A stretch of DNA of 64,000 bases from Balanoglossus misakiensis (taxonomy: Eukaryota > Animalia > Hemichordata), in NCBI GenBank assembly GCA_040954595.2, contig CM082591.2, positions 4,077,957 to 4,141,956 on the forward strand, read 5' to 3'. This document shows, one piece after another, positions 11,158-24,100 of this stretch. Below the pieces are notes generated by a model. The model did no database searches and was not told the origin of the DNA. It saw only the letters and a list, made by a program, of their open reading frames with translations. Positions within the stretch are counted from its first letter, which is position 1. Each line of letters starts with the position of its first letter. The translations under genes and the position numbers were made by a program.

Positions 11158-14100
11158 CTATTTCAGTTTGCAGTTTGTGCCTGATCCGGGGGCTTCTTTA
11201 ACTTTTTCCACACTGAAGCAGTAGATGTTCTCATGGTCACAGATTTGGGTGCAGACAGTGAAGATGTAATAGGCGACGTCGCTCATGGCAAGAACCTGAA
11301 AAGCGTGTAGAAGAATACACTTACAAAGCGAAATTCCGAAGTGTTGCATGGTTTTACGTTCTTTTGTTCGATAGTTCTACTATTAAAATCTTCGCCTTTT
11401 GTCGATACAGTGTCTTGACAAAGGCGTCTGTCCCTCTACCAAAGAAAGCATATTTCATTTAGACTTAACAATGGTGGGAGACAGGGTAGGGCGTGCGCAC
11501 ATTCCCAATAAGTTTTGATGCATGATTTTTGCGACCCTCTGGTGTAGTTATGGACAATAGTCATTGTTCCCTTTATATCTTACCTCAATGGGGTGCATAA
11601 AATTACAGCATATGGTGAAGGTTTTTAAAGGGTAAAATAAGGAATACAGATCTTTTATTCTTCATCCTCCGTCGAACTGGCCCTCAAAAGTTGTCGATAT
11701 TTCCTATGCGCAGTTGGCTACTAACCCCAGTATACCCACAATATACGTGAAGAGGTGAGTGGCCGAACTTAAAATCGTCACCGTTTATCAATACAGTAGC
11801 TTGAAAGACTGCGAATTTATATACTAGGATTATGTCGCGTTTTGCCGCAGCGGTATTAACGTGGGTAGGTTGAGTCTAATTGGCAAAATGGCGGAATGAA
11901 GAAATGAAAGAAGAATTTGCCTGTTCTCTCCCCCCCTCCTTCTCCCCCCCCCCCCTCCCCTCTCTCTCTTAACAGATAAAAAAATTCTTCCACGGACACT
12001 AAAGTATAGCTTTTATCCACTCCCATGTTCCTTACATTCAGCGTGCGCTTTAATTTATTCACGACAATAGACATCTTTTCTCTCCTGTTGTCATGTCTGT
12101 ACATACTGTACTTTTAGCCACAATTGATCGGGTATATGACCGTGTGATGACCGTATCACCTTCCGATGACCGTATCACCCTGTGCTAAATATCGGTCCGA
12201 GTCGAGATCGGACACCAGCGTTCTGGACAATAAATCAAAGCGACTGTCGCCGATTTCTCTTCAAGGTCGATGAACAAACATTCTGACCCTCAGGCCATCT
12301 CTGGGTCGCGTATGGACGTGATGTCTTGCTTGAAGGAATACAGGTAGCACCATTGTAGTCTCGTTTCTACTACCTCCATGCGTGGAGGCTACACCTTCAA
12401 GCTTCATACCGCATGTTTCTGGCGAGCTTAAGGGGTAATCGATTGTTAAACCACATTCTGTGGTTAAACATACGCGGTCAAAACCTATCTTGCCACAAAT
12501 TTTGAAAAAGTTGAGTCGCGCCGTGGCAGGCGCATTTTTTGGGTCGCAAAGACCCCGCTGTACTTTCTCTGTACTCGTCTGCTTATTGTTGTCATGCATA
12601 AAGTGATCGAACAAATGGAATCGTCTTCTTATTTACTCACCAGTGCAAGCCACAGGAGGATGTATTCACTGACGGGGGTTGCCGCGTACTGATTGAGAAG
12701 CATGATGACTGGTCCAATTAGAACAGTGTCGAGCACCTGAGGGAAGGTCAAGGACATCTTCGCCACCTGTTAGAATTTGCCAGGAGGAAAGAATAACATG
12801 GCTGTAACCTCTGACGTATTTACAGTAATCGCATGCTTTTGTGTGTATATCACTTGCAATTACTGCCCAACGCACCACAGCAAGGAATATACTAGTAGCC
12901 ATTGTGTGATAGTGCAATGTTTGAAGTTATAAGAACTGAATTAGGTCTTTTCGTACTCACCACAAATTTGTTGATATATTTTGCCGCTACCAGCCCGAAG
13001 GTTAAAACATACAGACAAGGGTGGTTCTGGTAAATCATACTCGGAGAAGCCTTCATAATCCCCGTTGCCATAAACAACGCAACTGATATATGAAAAACAG
13101 GGCTCATCACATCACTTCCCTATAAAAATAACAAAATGTGAAAAAAGTTCAAGCACAAACAGCACTTACAGACAGATAGAAGTAATGAAATTCAGGTAAG
13201 ACACCACTACAGTGAGTTGTCGACCTTTTACCCACAGTGCAATTATTTTGATGTGATATGACCCCCTAGCGCATAGTAAAAAAAAACACGTCACCTGTAT
13301 TTCCCAGATGACATTACATTGATGGAACTTACCGCGAGGGTGGTTCTTTTCTGGCCAGTGATTGCCCTCAAGTCCGTACAGAACTTAACAAAAGCCAATG
13401 CGAATGCCAATCCAACTGCTATTTGGCTTGTGTCCAGGCTTTTATAAGGAACCTTTGAAGGAGAAACGACCGAGGATGAATTTCTTGGACAACTAATCCT
13501 TATTGGTCAAAGTACAGTCAAACCAGTGTTAGTGACCCCCTGTATAGAACGGAAACCTGTCTGTATTGGCAACTTTGCTACAGTCCATGTGGAATTTACA
13601 TGTGCATGAAGTGACCTGTCTATAAAGTCCAGTTAAGGGAAGTCCTTTGACTGGCGACTATAGACTGGTTTGACTGTATTAAGTCTGCATGAGCACACGC
13701 ACAGTACAAGGTGGCCGTGGTAAAAGACGTTTTCATTTATTATTGGGGGTAGTTTACCTGGTAATGCCAGATTGCAGGTCCAAATATTCCTGTAGCTAGT
13801 TGACTAGCAATGACGGCAAACTGACCTTCTGTAACATCGAATCTGCGAGAAAATAATAAATTGTGTTGAAAGATATACGGTCACCTATGCAAATGTAGTA
13901 AACAGTTACGTACATGGAAGAAAGATATACGGACTTCCGGCAAAACGGCCGGAAGTGATATCAGTCGTTTCGAAAATAGTACGCGTGCACTGCCCTCTTC
14001 TGGCACCCACTATTTACCAGTCCCTTGGTCAAAATAGGAAGCCGTCATACACTGACTTGTGCTCAAGATTGCTTTCTTGAAACGGTCATGTATTCACCAA

Positions 14101-15825
14101 AGTCATTTTATTTACTACGCGTGTTTTGATTGTCTACAAGCCAGGAAAAAATCCCTTGCAGAGATCAATAACCTTAGTATAATGGAGTTCAACATACTTG
14201 CCAAAGAAGACGGTCTTTGTGATGAAAGTCCTCCAGTGAGTGAGGTAGAAGGTGAAACTGTTCGCCATGGACAACCAAAACATTAGACCAGGATGACTCC
14301 CAAGTTGAAGAGCACAGCTAAACGACAGAGTAACTAATACTGCAACAGACCAGATAGACAACGTGAACACGGGGCTTGCTAAGGGGAGAACCAATTGAAT
14401 TCAGGGGTGGGTTGTTGGGAATCTCTGGGAGATGGTGCAGAGGAAAAAAAAATCTTAAGTCTGAATTGTCTTGAGGGAAAACAACGTGGACAAGAAATCG
14501 AAAAGAAATGCTACTGTAACAGTGGCCGAAAAAAATACTGACATAACCAAATCTACCCCCCGATATCAAATGGTTCTCCGCTAATGAGATAATGAGAATA
14601 GACACTATGGCCACGAAGTGTCGTCCAGAAAATGGCAATTTCCTTTCCTTACAGCTACACTTGGCAACTCTCAGTTGCCTAATACTGGCCTGTTTTTCTT
14701 CCATGATCCACTACGCGTTAACAGACACACACATACGGACACACACACACACACAGACAGACAGACAGAAGTTGGTATGACATTAACTCACTTGTTTAAC
14801 ACGTAGGCTAATGAAGGAAAAATGTTCTAACTACGGAAACGGGCAACCCACTGTGTCCGTTTTGGGGCGAATGTGAAAGTGCACTTGAGATAAAGAGGTT
14901 TTCTCTAACCTGACGATATTGAATCGAATCCATGATCAATAACTTCATTCAGGGAATCGCTGGCGTTCGTTCTGTACATCTGTTTGCCGTCCAACGCATC
15001 TGCCGTTTGATATATGAACACTCCCACTGCACATGCTATATATACCCACCTTGGAGCCTGCAGAGACCAAACAGTTTAATAATAGTTATTTCAGTTATTT
15101 TTAATAGTGGAATTGACCAATTCACTGTGCCATACCCTCTGACTAATATCCAAGCATCTTTGTTTAAAATTGGAAAGCAAAAGACGCTCGTTTCCCACAG
15201 CCTGTGACTCCCAGGCAATACCAAATCCAAAGGTAAATAAAAGGTCTTTGACCTTTTTGGCCCAACAGTTACAACCTTTGTCTGCCATTTCACGTTGGTA
15301 ATCAGAGCATTGCTTAGTATATCTATAATTGTCGCTGTGAATTAATTTTACCCAGTATTTAATAATGCGTGGGAGACGAAGCGTTTTCAAAGATTGTCTG
15401 CCAAGTTCTCCCAAGACAGCTAAATTGGTTGACCTTGAACTAACCGTGAGTATATTATATATTGCATATATATTAAACTCAATAGTCAAAGATAGAGTAC
15501 AATATATAATGGAAAAAAAGTTTAGAATGTTTTAGAAGGTTATTGAATTGTTCATATGGCACCCGGCGCACACCGACTTAAAATGACATACCTCTTCTGT
15601 TGCAGTAGGGCAGTGATATAATATGTTTAGCGAAGTGAAAATGTTGACTAGAAGACCAATCGCGCTGATAGTGGGCGACGCAATGCGGAGTGAAACTTTG
15701 CAAGACAGCCATGTCCAAAATACTTGCATGTACGGTTCGAGCACAGACACGTTTTCACTGCAGTAGACAAACTGCGCAAGGCGACCGAGTTCGGTTTTGG
15801 TCAAAATCGTTCCCCTCCCGATCAT
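11158..15825 (-). CDS. Choline/ethanolamine phosphotransferase (CEPT1/CHPT1) family protein, divergent paralog
   Basis: 8 in-frame exons: 15825-15592, 15057-14910, 14339-14198, 13842-13758, 13452-13333, 13119-12961, 12766-12641, 11295-11158. Peptides [35 protein letters not shown]....L.E..DHG.D, FY..HW, FDVTE.Q and [15 protein letters not shown] match CHPT1/CEPT1. Confidence 0.88.
13515..13676. mobile_element. Tc1/mariner(pogo)-type MITE
   Basis: TIRs cagtcaaaccagt...actggtttgactg flanked by TA on both sides. Confidence 0.75.
14383..14581. mobile_element. PIF/Harbinger-type MITE
   Basis: TIRs ggggagaaccaattga / tcaaatggttctccgc with TAA on both sides; a related copy lies at 35681-35871. Confidence 0.7.
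15091..15460 (-). mobile_element. LINE ORF2 C-terminal fragment in CEPT-like intron 1
   Basis: Translation [11 protein letters not shown]...IIKYWVKL...[24 protein letters not shown]...FKQRCLD.SQ..W resembles the post-RT region of non-LTR retrotransposons. Confidence 0.7.
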
Positions 15826-16489
15826 TGTACGTGTACTCGTATATATGGTCACAGGTTGACTGAACGTTCACGTTGTGAAGTGTCACGTAGCCAAGTTGCC
15901 CCAGTTCAGTCTACCTGATCGCCACATAAGGCTAGGCTAATTTAAATATATATGAAAGTGGCCTTGGAGCGTATGTTGGGTCACGTTAAGGAATGTCTAG
16001 GTCAGTGCAAGGGCATCTTGATCTCTGTCAATCACGTGTAATTTTTATCACTCACTTAGGTAGCAAAACTCTATTTAAGGTTATGCGAATTATAGCTCCC
16101 TTAGTTGTAACTTTTCGCCATGTTTTCAGTAGTATTTTTGCTTTGTGAAGCTACCGCACTTTCTTGTTCAAATCCTTGAAGAATGATAAAGCTTTTAGAT
16201 ACAATATTTATGTTTAGGCCTATAGTCAGCATTGTTACAGTGCAAAATTTGAATTCAAGTCCGGACTACAATTCATTTGTCAACAATAACAATGACAGTT
16301 ACACACGTACAGGCTATGTTGACAAGTGGAGTACTGGGTATATTACATGCTGTTTGGAGTAGAACAAAAAATGCATTTGGTACACATTACAAAAATACTG
16401 GAATTGAAGCCAAAAGTTACAGCTCATGTCCCCTTTTAACCAAGATTTGACAATTTGACTTACCGCCAGACCAGATTCTGTCCACGGTC

Positions 16490-17050
16490 TCAGTTGTCAA
16501 TGATGCTATCACTTGAATAGAGCTCTCCAGAGTTGAAATTATTCTCAGCAGGTGCAGCCTCAACTATAGATGTAAATTTGGCAGACACAGATTCCTCAGA
16601 AGACGACGGACCAATAGGAACAACGCGATCCATTTTCAGGAGAAACCACTCCTTTATTCTCATTGCGCGCTTGCGCAGAGAAGTAAAGCATGACGGAGTT
16701 GCGGAGCTGGTCTGCCCATTCTTCGCATTTTTGCGCGGAGCTTTCTTCTCCCGTTTTGTTTTCCTCCCCCTCCTCGACAGATTCGCTTTGGCTGTTTTCC
16801 AAATGGAGTGGCTTCGAATCGGCAAGCCGTGGGCGGGGTTTCCGTCGTCCGAAGATGGGGCGTACTTTTTGTACGTGTTGCCCGCGATGCCTCTCAGATA
16901 CCGGGCGACGCCGACGGTGGGCTCCGCACACGGTTCCGCTTCTGCGCCCTCTACCTTGCTGCTTTGCCCAGTAGCGTCGCCTGCGCTCAACTCGATGACT
17001 TCGATGTCGTCAGGATCATTCACTTCTCCATTTTGCTTAACAACAACCAT
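16490..17050 (-). CDS. Hypothetical 186-aa protein (single-exon orphan ORF)
   Basis: Locally GC-rich ORF with a good Kozak context (aagATGG), an acidic N-terminus and a basic cluster RRGRKTKREKK. No recognised domain. Confidence 0.45.
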   Translation of the reverse strand: MVVVKQNGEVNDPDDIEVIELSAGDATGQSSKVEGAEAEPCAEPTVGVARYLRGIAGNTYKKYAPSSDDGNPAHGLPIRSHSIWKTAKANLSRRGRKTKREKKAPRKNAKNGQTSSATPSCFTSLRKRAMRIKEWFLLKMDRVVPIGPSSSEESVSAKFTSIVEAAPAENNFNSGELYSSDSIIDN

Positions 17051-18952
17051 CTTGTCTCAATACCAGGCCGGTATAAGAAATCACTTTCAGTGCCGATTGG
17101 GATATCGGTGCTTGTGGCTTAGTAGAATAGCTTTGTTTGGCGCGGGCGTCAAAGAGCGTTCGATCACAACGCGAACTTTCGAACGCATCATTGTCATCAT
17201 CGTACACGTAACCTCGTATAGGAACTGTTTTTATTAGAAGTAGAATACTTCAGAAAAACCTGTTCTATCCAAAAAATACTACTACTTTGAAAATGAACAA
17301 AATAGTACACTTTTATAAAATTGATTTTAAAGTGAGACATTTGTCCAGGCCTAAATTTTCAAGTGGCGGCAACTTTTTTTGAAGTTCGAGGCATTGGTAA
17401 ATGATAAGACGCGCGCGTATATACAAACGCAGTGGACCACGGTCGCACTCCACGTGGCTAGATCGATGACGACTGCAGCAGAAGAAACCCATATTTTTGC
17501 CGTCGTCCAGCATGTAGTCAACTCGTGTTTAATTCCGTTTATTTAGCCTATTTTGGGCCGAAAACTGTGTCGTTTGGTTCCGTCTGTTCGGTTTTGTTCG
17601 GCATTGCAAGACGGCAGTGAATTGGCAAAAGATGCGAGACAATCGTGGGGACAATAATTAATTCAGAAACAACGTGCAGCACCACAAAAGACCCATTCTA
17701 ATAGGTATTCGTGCACCTGGTTGGAAACCAGACTGACAAAGGAACTGGCCAATCAAAAACCAACTCTCAAGACCACTGCACATTAGTCTTGTCCCCTGCC
17801 CCATTCCCAGCGCTGGCTGCGCTACGCTAAAGGGAAAATTATCTCAAAAACATCAATCGTGCATCACCCATCTTGTTAATATGAGCAGAGACTTCAGGTG
17901 GCATGAAAACAACCTTGCACATTCGAAAATAGCAACAGCATACAATGATGTGTGATTATTTTTTTCCCATGGTGATTGCGTTTGTCTGTACAAAGGACAC
18001 CCCAGTGCGTCACCAGGTTCACACCGGGTATAACTAGAAATATTTCGGGGACACTAGTTGCTATTTGTAAACACAGAGGACGAATCCTTTGCGTCACGTT
18101 TTTTGTTAACACATACACAGAAGTGTTAATCCTGAGCATGAGCGCGCGTAACAACACAGCCCTGTCACAGCAGTTGTATACCAGACACACAAACTGCAAG
18201 ACACAATTTTAAGTGTAAGCCAGTTTGCATATCTTTTATTTATTCTTCCAGAGGTGCAACATTTGATAAAATTGATCTCAAAAAATTTCATTTATATAAA
18301 CGATTCAGGACAAAATAGTCTTAAGTGTAATTTGTCACATTCTTTCTGATGTAAAATTTTCTCCCTGCGATGCACTGTATGGTTACATTTGTTTTCAGCA
18401 AAATACTGACAATTGTTATGTGCGATTATTACACAAAAACTGTCAAAATCACTATTCCATTTTCTAATGGAATTGCAAAATCAATGTTTCTCTCATTGGT
18501 TGTTTTCCTGTAAGATTTGAGATTTTCTGTATGGATATGCCATACATACATGTATGTATATATTTCAGCTTATTAAGCGTTCAAGTCTTTAGTAACGACG
18601 TTCCGACTATATACTCCCTTTTTTTAGTTTGTGGTCCACTAAACATTGTGCAGCACACTGGTACAATGCAGGACTCACTTTTTAAAGGGAAACTATTAGA
18701 AATTTTTGTTGTTGGCTTTTCCAGTATTTTTGTTTGTGTTTGTTTTGTGTAACAGTCTTCTGCTTAAATCTTAGATGCTCACTTTCATTTTTATAACTCT
18801 TCTGTGCCACTGCGCAATTTTGCAAGAATCATAGCCGTCTGCTTCATACTTTGTAAACCAATCAAAGTTAATCATTTGCTGGTGACCTCTGACCTCATCA
18901 CTGCAAGTCACCCGTGACCCAGGTCACTTATGTGTAGTTTTCTATTGAAGCT

Positions 18953-20128
18953 TTACGCCAGATTGGCAACTTCAGCGAAGTAGGCACCCATCATTTTCGT
19001 CTGAGAAGAACAAAAATAAGATAAAACTTGAAATGGTTTTTAATCTCAGTTGGCATTTTGTAGAATATTTTAATTGACATGCAAATCTTAATTTGTATCC
19101 AATTTCTATAAGGCAAACTGCAGAATAGTATGGTAATGTTGTGGGTCATTCAACTCGGCTATTGCTAAAGATTGACATACATATTTATTATCTCTTTTAC
19201 AATGGACATATCTTAAGTTTATCATCCCTAGAAACAATTCCCTACACCTGAAAAGCCTGGTAGCAAAGGTGTTTGAAATTCTGGCATGATCTCTGCATGT
19301 GTACCAATTCTGGCTGATTGTGACTTCAACTATATAATTTGGCATTAAGTTTGGTGGTAACTAGATACACGATTCCTCATACAGCAATTTCAGATCCAAT
19401 TAACATTTATAGCGTAATACAATCAGACAAAAGCAACAAAATAATTTTCGTGAACAGATATCATATATCATGATTATTGGCAAGACATGTAAGCAGACAC
19501 GCGAGGTTAATGAACTTCAAAGAGGATTACGAAAATGCACTATGAAAATTAAATTAACATTGGAATTTTTGATGAGGGGGGGGGGGTACGATCCATTTTC
19601 GGATAATCAAACTTCAGATAATCGACGTTCAGAAAATACACATATTAACATATATCATAGCATCATAGCAGTTATAATCATGTAAACATCTACAGACTTT
19701 TAAAGTTGACCTTGCAGTCATGTGCTATACTTACCCCTTGTATGTAGTTGGAGCGATTCAGTTTCTCGTTTTGGGAGTGGGCTCCATCATCGCACGAGCC
19801 CACAGGTAGCAACATGACGTTTTTACCTGTAACGTCTTGGAATGTCAAGGTCACTGGAATGCTGCCGCCCTCTCGTGTCAGGTCAGGCTCAACGCCGAAG
19901 ACTGCAAGTGATGGGATAACATGATTTTTTATTAAGATCTCATGGTCCAATGAAAGGAAAAATTAAAGCATTGTTTTATGTACGAATCGCATACATTTTC
20001 ATATTATGTAAGACATCTTGTATGTACGTACGTATGTATGTATGTATGTATGTATGTATGTATGTATGTATGTATGTATGTATGTATTTATGCATGTATG
20101 TATGTATGTATGTATGTATGTATGTATG

Positions 20129-20162
<34 letters not shown>

Positions 20163-21072
20163 TGTATGTATGTATGTATGGTATGTACGTATTTGTAATT
20201 GGCATATCTATGGTTGAATTACCTGTTTTCATAGCCTTTCTACCGGCCACATAGTGGGGATGGTCAAAGTCACTCACCCAGGGTTTGCCACCATGGCCCA
20301 TTGTCACTCTAAAATAAAACAAATACTAGATGATAAAACAACTGCGATGTACCAGTATGACCATATGGATCAACATCACACACAAACTGCCAGAATATGC
20401 AATACTTTAGTTTTCAGGAGAACTCCTACGTGTCCGTATCACACTTACTTGACGGTGTTTGGACTGCCTCTCTTTTTGTGCTCCCTCTCAATGTGTTCCT
20501 TGACTTGCTTCTCGATCTGATCCGGTGTCTGATCCGGCACAAGACGGATCGAGAACTTGCCGATCACTTTACGGGGAATGACGGTTTTGGCACCGGCTTG
20601 ATCAAAGGCACCCTCAACACCTAGTCAGAAATAAAGATAAATCATATGAAAATGTAAGGTGCTGCCCGACGAAAAGTTCCAATTGGTATCCATATCTACA
20701 CAATGACAAAGTAATGCAATACATTGTATTTCGCGGCAACCATTTTGTGCTTCACACAGTTATGTATATGTTCAACAGAAGGCATCTTAACAGAACCCAA
20801 ATTTTCAAATCAAACTTTTTGGTTTTGTCGATAATGACAGAAAAATGTTATAGGGTAATTCCACAGTGAAGAAGGGGTGGGCAGCATAGACTTACCATGT
20901 ATGGAAAGGGAGGGGAATCGCCATCTATGCATCAACGTTCCCTCTTTATTGTGGTGTAGTAGTTTACCTGCACCGATATCTTGACAATAATCTTCCTGCA
21001 ACAGACAAGATGTATGTATGTATGTATGTATGTATGTATGTATGTATGTATGTATGTATGTATGTATGTATG

Positions 21073-21105
<33 letters not shown>

Positions 21106-24100
21106 TCATATGTATGTAAATTCATATGTTGAACATTCATATGTATAAACATTTCTATGTTGAACATTCACATGCATGTTCATACATGCCCACACACGCA
21201 CACACATGCAAAATTGTACCTGTATGGATATATTTTCACCATCTGTATGGATTAATCTTTGAAAGTTGACAACTTACATGATCAAAATCAATGTCCTTGT
21301 ACAGGTTTTTCTCCTGGTCAGTGACCTCGGCCACTGTGTCATTGACTCCATCGATGAGTATCTTTCCATTCTTATCCACAAGTGTGTTCATCAGTGCCAC
21401 CAAGTCTACCATGGCTTCATGGCTGTGTGGACAAACACACAAATATACATCACCAAAATTTCCTAGTAAGAGCCTTGAAAATTATGTAAGTACACTGGAA
21501 CTTTTTCATCAGACTACATTTGTTTCATTTTCTAGTAAATCGTCAAAACGTTTTCCCAAACAATATGCACTGCAAGTTGTTAATTAGCACCATATGCAAT
21601 GCACATATGTATTTCCTGTTATTGACAATTCGTTCATAATGATGACGTATCACACATTGAAAGCTGTTTACTATAGTTGTGTCAGCGTCAAGGGGACTGA
21701 AGGTGAACACTTTCGGTGTCACGTCTCCCGGGCGATAATATGAATATAATGACGCAAACAAAATGCCAGTGATCAGTCCTCTGCGAACATTCATCAGTAA
21801 AAGCCACTCATTAGCGAGCAATCAAACAATGCAAGTCATTAGCCAGTGTAACCAGACTCTCCAAATTCAAATGCCATGAGTACAATTTGCTGCAATTATC
21901 AGACCAATCCACCCCTCACAATGCACGTTTTGTCGGTGTTATTTTTCACGTTACCTCTTATTTTCAATGCAACAGACAGAGGCCCTAATTGTTTCACATC
22001 GCTACACTGGATTGGCATTTCCGCGTCATTCTTGCAATTGTTCAATCACAGCACTATAGTGTGTATGCACTTAATGTCATTAGTCATGCGTCGACCACAA
22101 ACAGTATTTTCTTCCTCCTGATCGTTTGCCCGTAACATTTATCACAATGTTCTAAACGATCTCTATGCAATCAAAGGAGTACTTCAACAAATTCATAACC
22201 TTAAAAAAATCTGGACTTAGCTTGTGAGGTTGGATAATAATCAATAAATAACTCACACTGAACCACCGAATACACCAGAATGCAGATCCATTTTGGCACA
22301 GGACACCTCTAGGAAGAAATAGCAGATCCCCCTGGAAGTATAAATGAAAGAAAGAAATTAACAAGGTACACAGGAAAGCCGACTTTTTGACTAAAAACCA
22401 AGTCTATGGTAATAAATGTATTTCCTAAAAATCCAGTATGGCAGCACATTTAGTGTACCACATTATAAATAAGGCTTGTTTTTATTGGTTTGCAAAGAAC
22501 AAAAACTCATAAAATTTCACAACACAACAACCAATCACAGTAAACCTCTCATAGGTACACAAGTTCAGTTACAACAGATGATTTTTGTACATGTAGGATT
22601 TTAAATAAATGAATAATCTTCATGCAGGTATTTTTCGTTATTCTGCCAATGTAGTGCTGTAGTGTTGTCTCTTTACTTACCTAAGTCCGTAGGTAATGCA
22701 TGGTTTGTTCTTACCGAGCCAGTAGTTGTCAGAAATGCAAACATAATCAACACCCTATAGACAAAAGTGAAAACATTTACATTGACTATTGCTGGAAAAC
22801 TCACTTTTACTACTGTCATTTTCATGAAGTTTTACACATAGGTCAGCCAAATGAAATTACATTCAGCGGGAAAATAAAATGTTGTCACTGTGCTCACTGA
22901 AATAATATTGGTACGAAAAGCTGACTCAGCAGTTTTTTATTCAATTCAATGTTGAGACAAAATCAGAAATAGATTTTACCTCTATGATGATTATTCATAC
23001 CTTAAGGAATTTCTCCTTCTCTGCAACCAACAAGTCATCAAGTCCTTCCGACCCAGACTCTTCCATACCTTCAAACACAAACTGAGGGAAAAAATTCATA
23101 AATGACATTTTTTTTTAGAATAGCTGATGACTCAAATTCTAAAATGATAAACTTAATAGAAATACCCAAAGAATCCTTAAAGTATGTGCCTAGATGTTAC
23201 ATGCAGGTAATGACTGAACCCATATTTCCATTCACGATTGCAAGTACTTTCCTGTTAATTTCAAATGTCAGTGTGCTTTTGCAGTACAACCATGCAAGTA
23301 ATGATTTCCTAGCGGCCATATTGGATTGAATTGCAACACAAATTCACACATACATACACATCATAGTATTGTCATAGTATTTTATTGTCCGGTTTTGGGA
23401 TGACCATAATACTTGGTGATGTACATATTTTTTGTAATAGGCAGGCATAAATAGAAGTATTCCATCCTACTTACTTTGAGATTGACTGGGATTTCTTGTT
23501 TGATGGCTTGGAAGGCCTCAATGCAATTCAACCATGCCAGCACTGGTCCTTTGTCATCAGTGGAACCTCGGCCGTACAACTTGCCGTCGATTTCTGTCAA
23601 CTCAAATGGTTCGGTATCCCATCCATCTTCCTAACAATCAATAAAAAAAATTTGATTCGTTATGGTGGTGGTCTACTTAAACAACAAAATGAAGTGGATT
23701 TTCTGACAATTCTCAATGTAAACCTGTTGGAAGAGACAAATTCCATGATCTCATTGTACGTCATGTACATTCTTAAAGGACCAAAACAGAAACAAAAGAT
23801 CAGGTGTGCATAACATATGCCCCTTTAAAGACTGTGTAACCCTGCCATGCACGGGTACTGATGCATGTGTGGTTCAGGGTTGAGAATTACAGGGCTACAA
23901 CTATGTTTACATCTAGATATTTTGAAAAAAAACAAGCAGCTTGAACGAAAATATTCTGTGCTGGCATACTATACATGTTGCTTCATAACATTAGCACAGC
24001 TGTGTGTGCGAACACCCTGCTAGCAGCAGCCATGTCTCGTTCAAGTTTCTGACAATGAAAAACACATGCAGTGATGTAGATGTGTTTTTAACGGGCCGGC

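Noticed and set aside
11158-11295. Selenoprotein I (EPT1) interpretation of the phosphotransferase
   Set aside because: No in-frame TGA in the last exon (it ends in TAG), and the sequence resembles CHPT1/CEPT1 more.
16533-17237. 234-aa plus-strand ORF
   Set aside because: TTG start and antisense to the better-supported ATG ORF; no coherent features.
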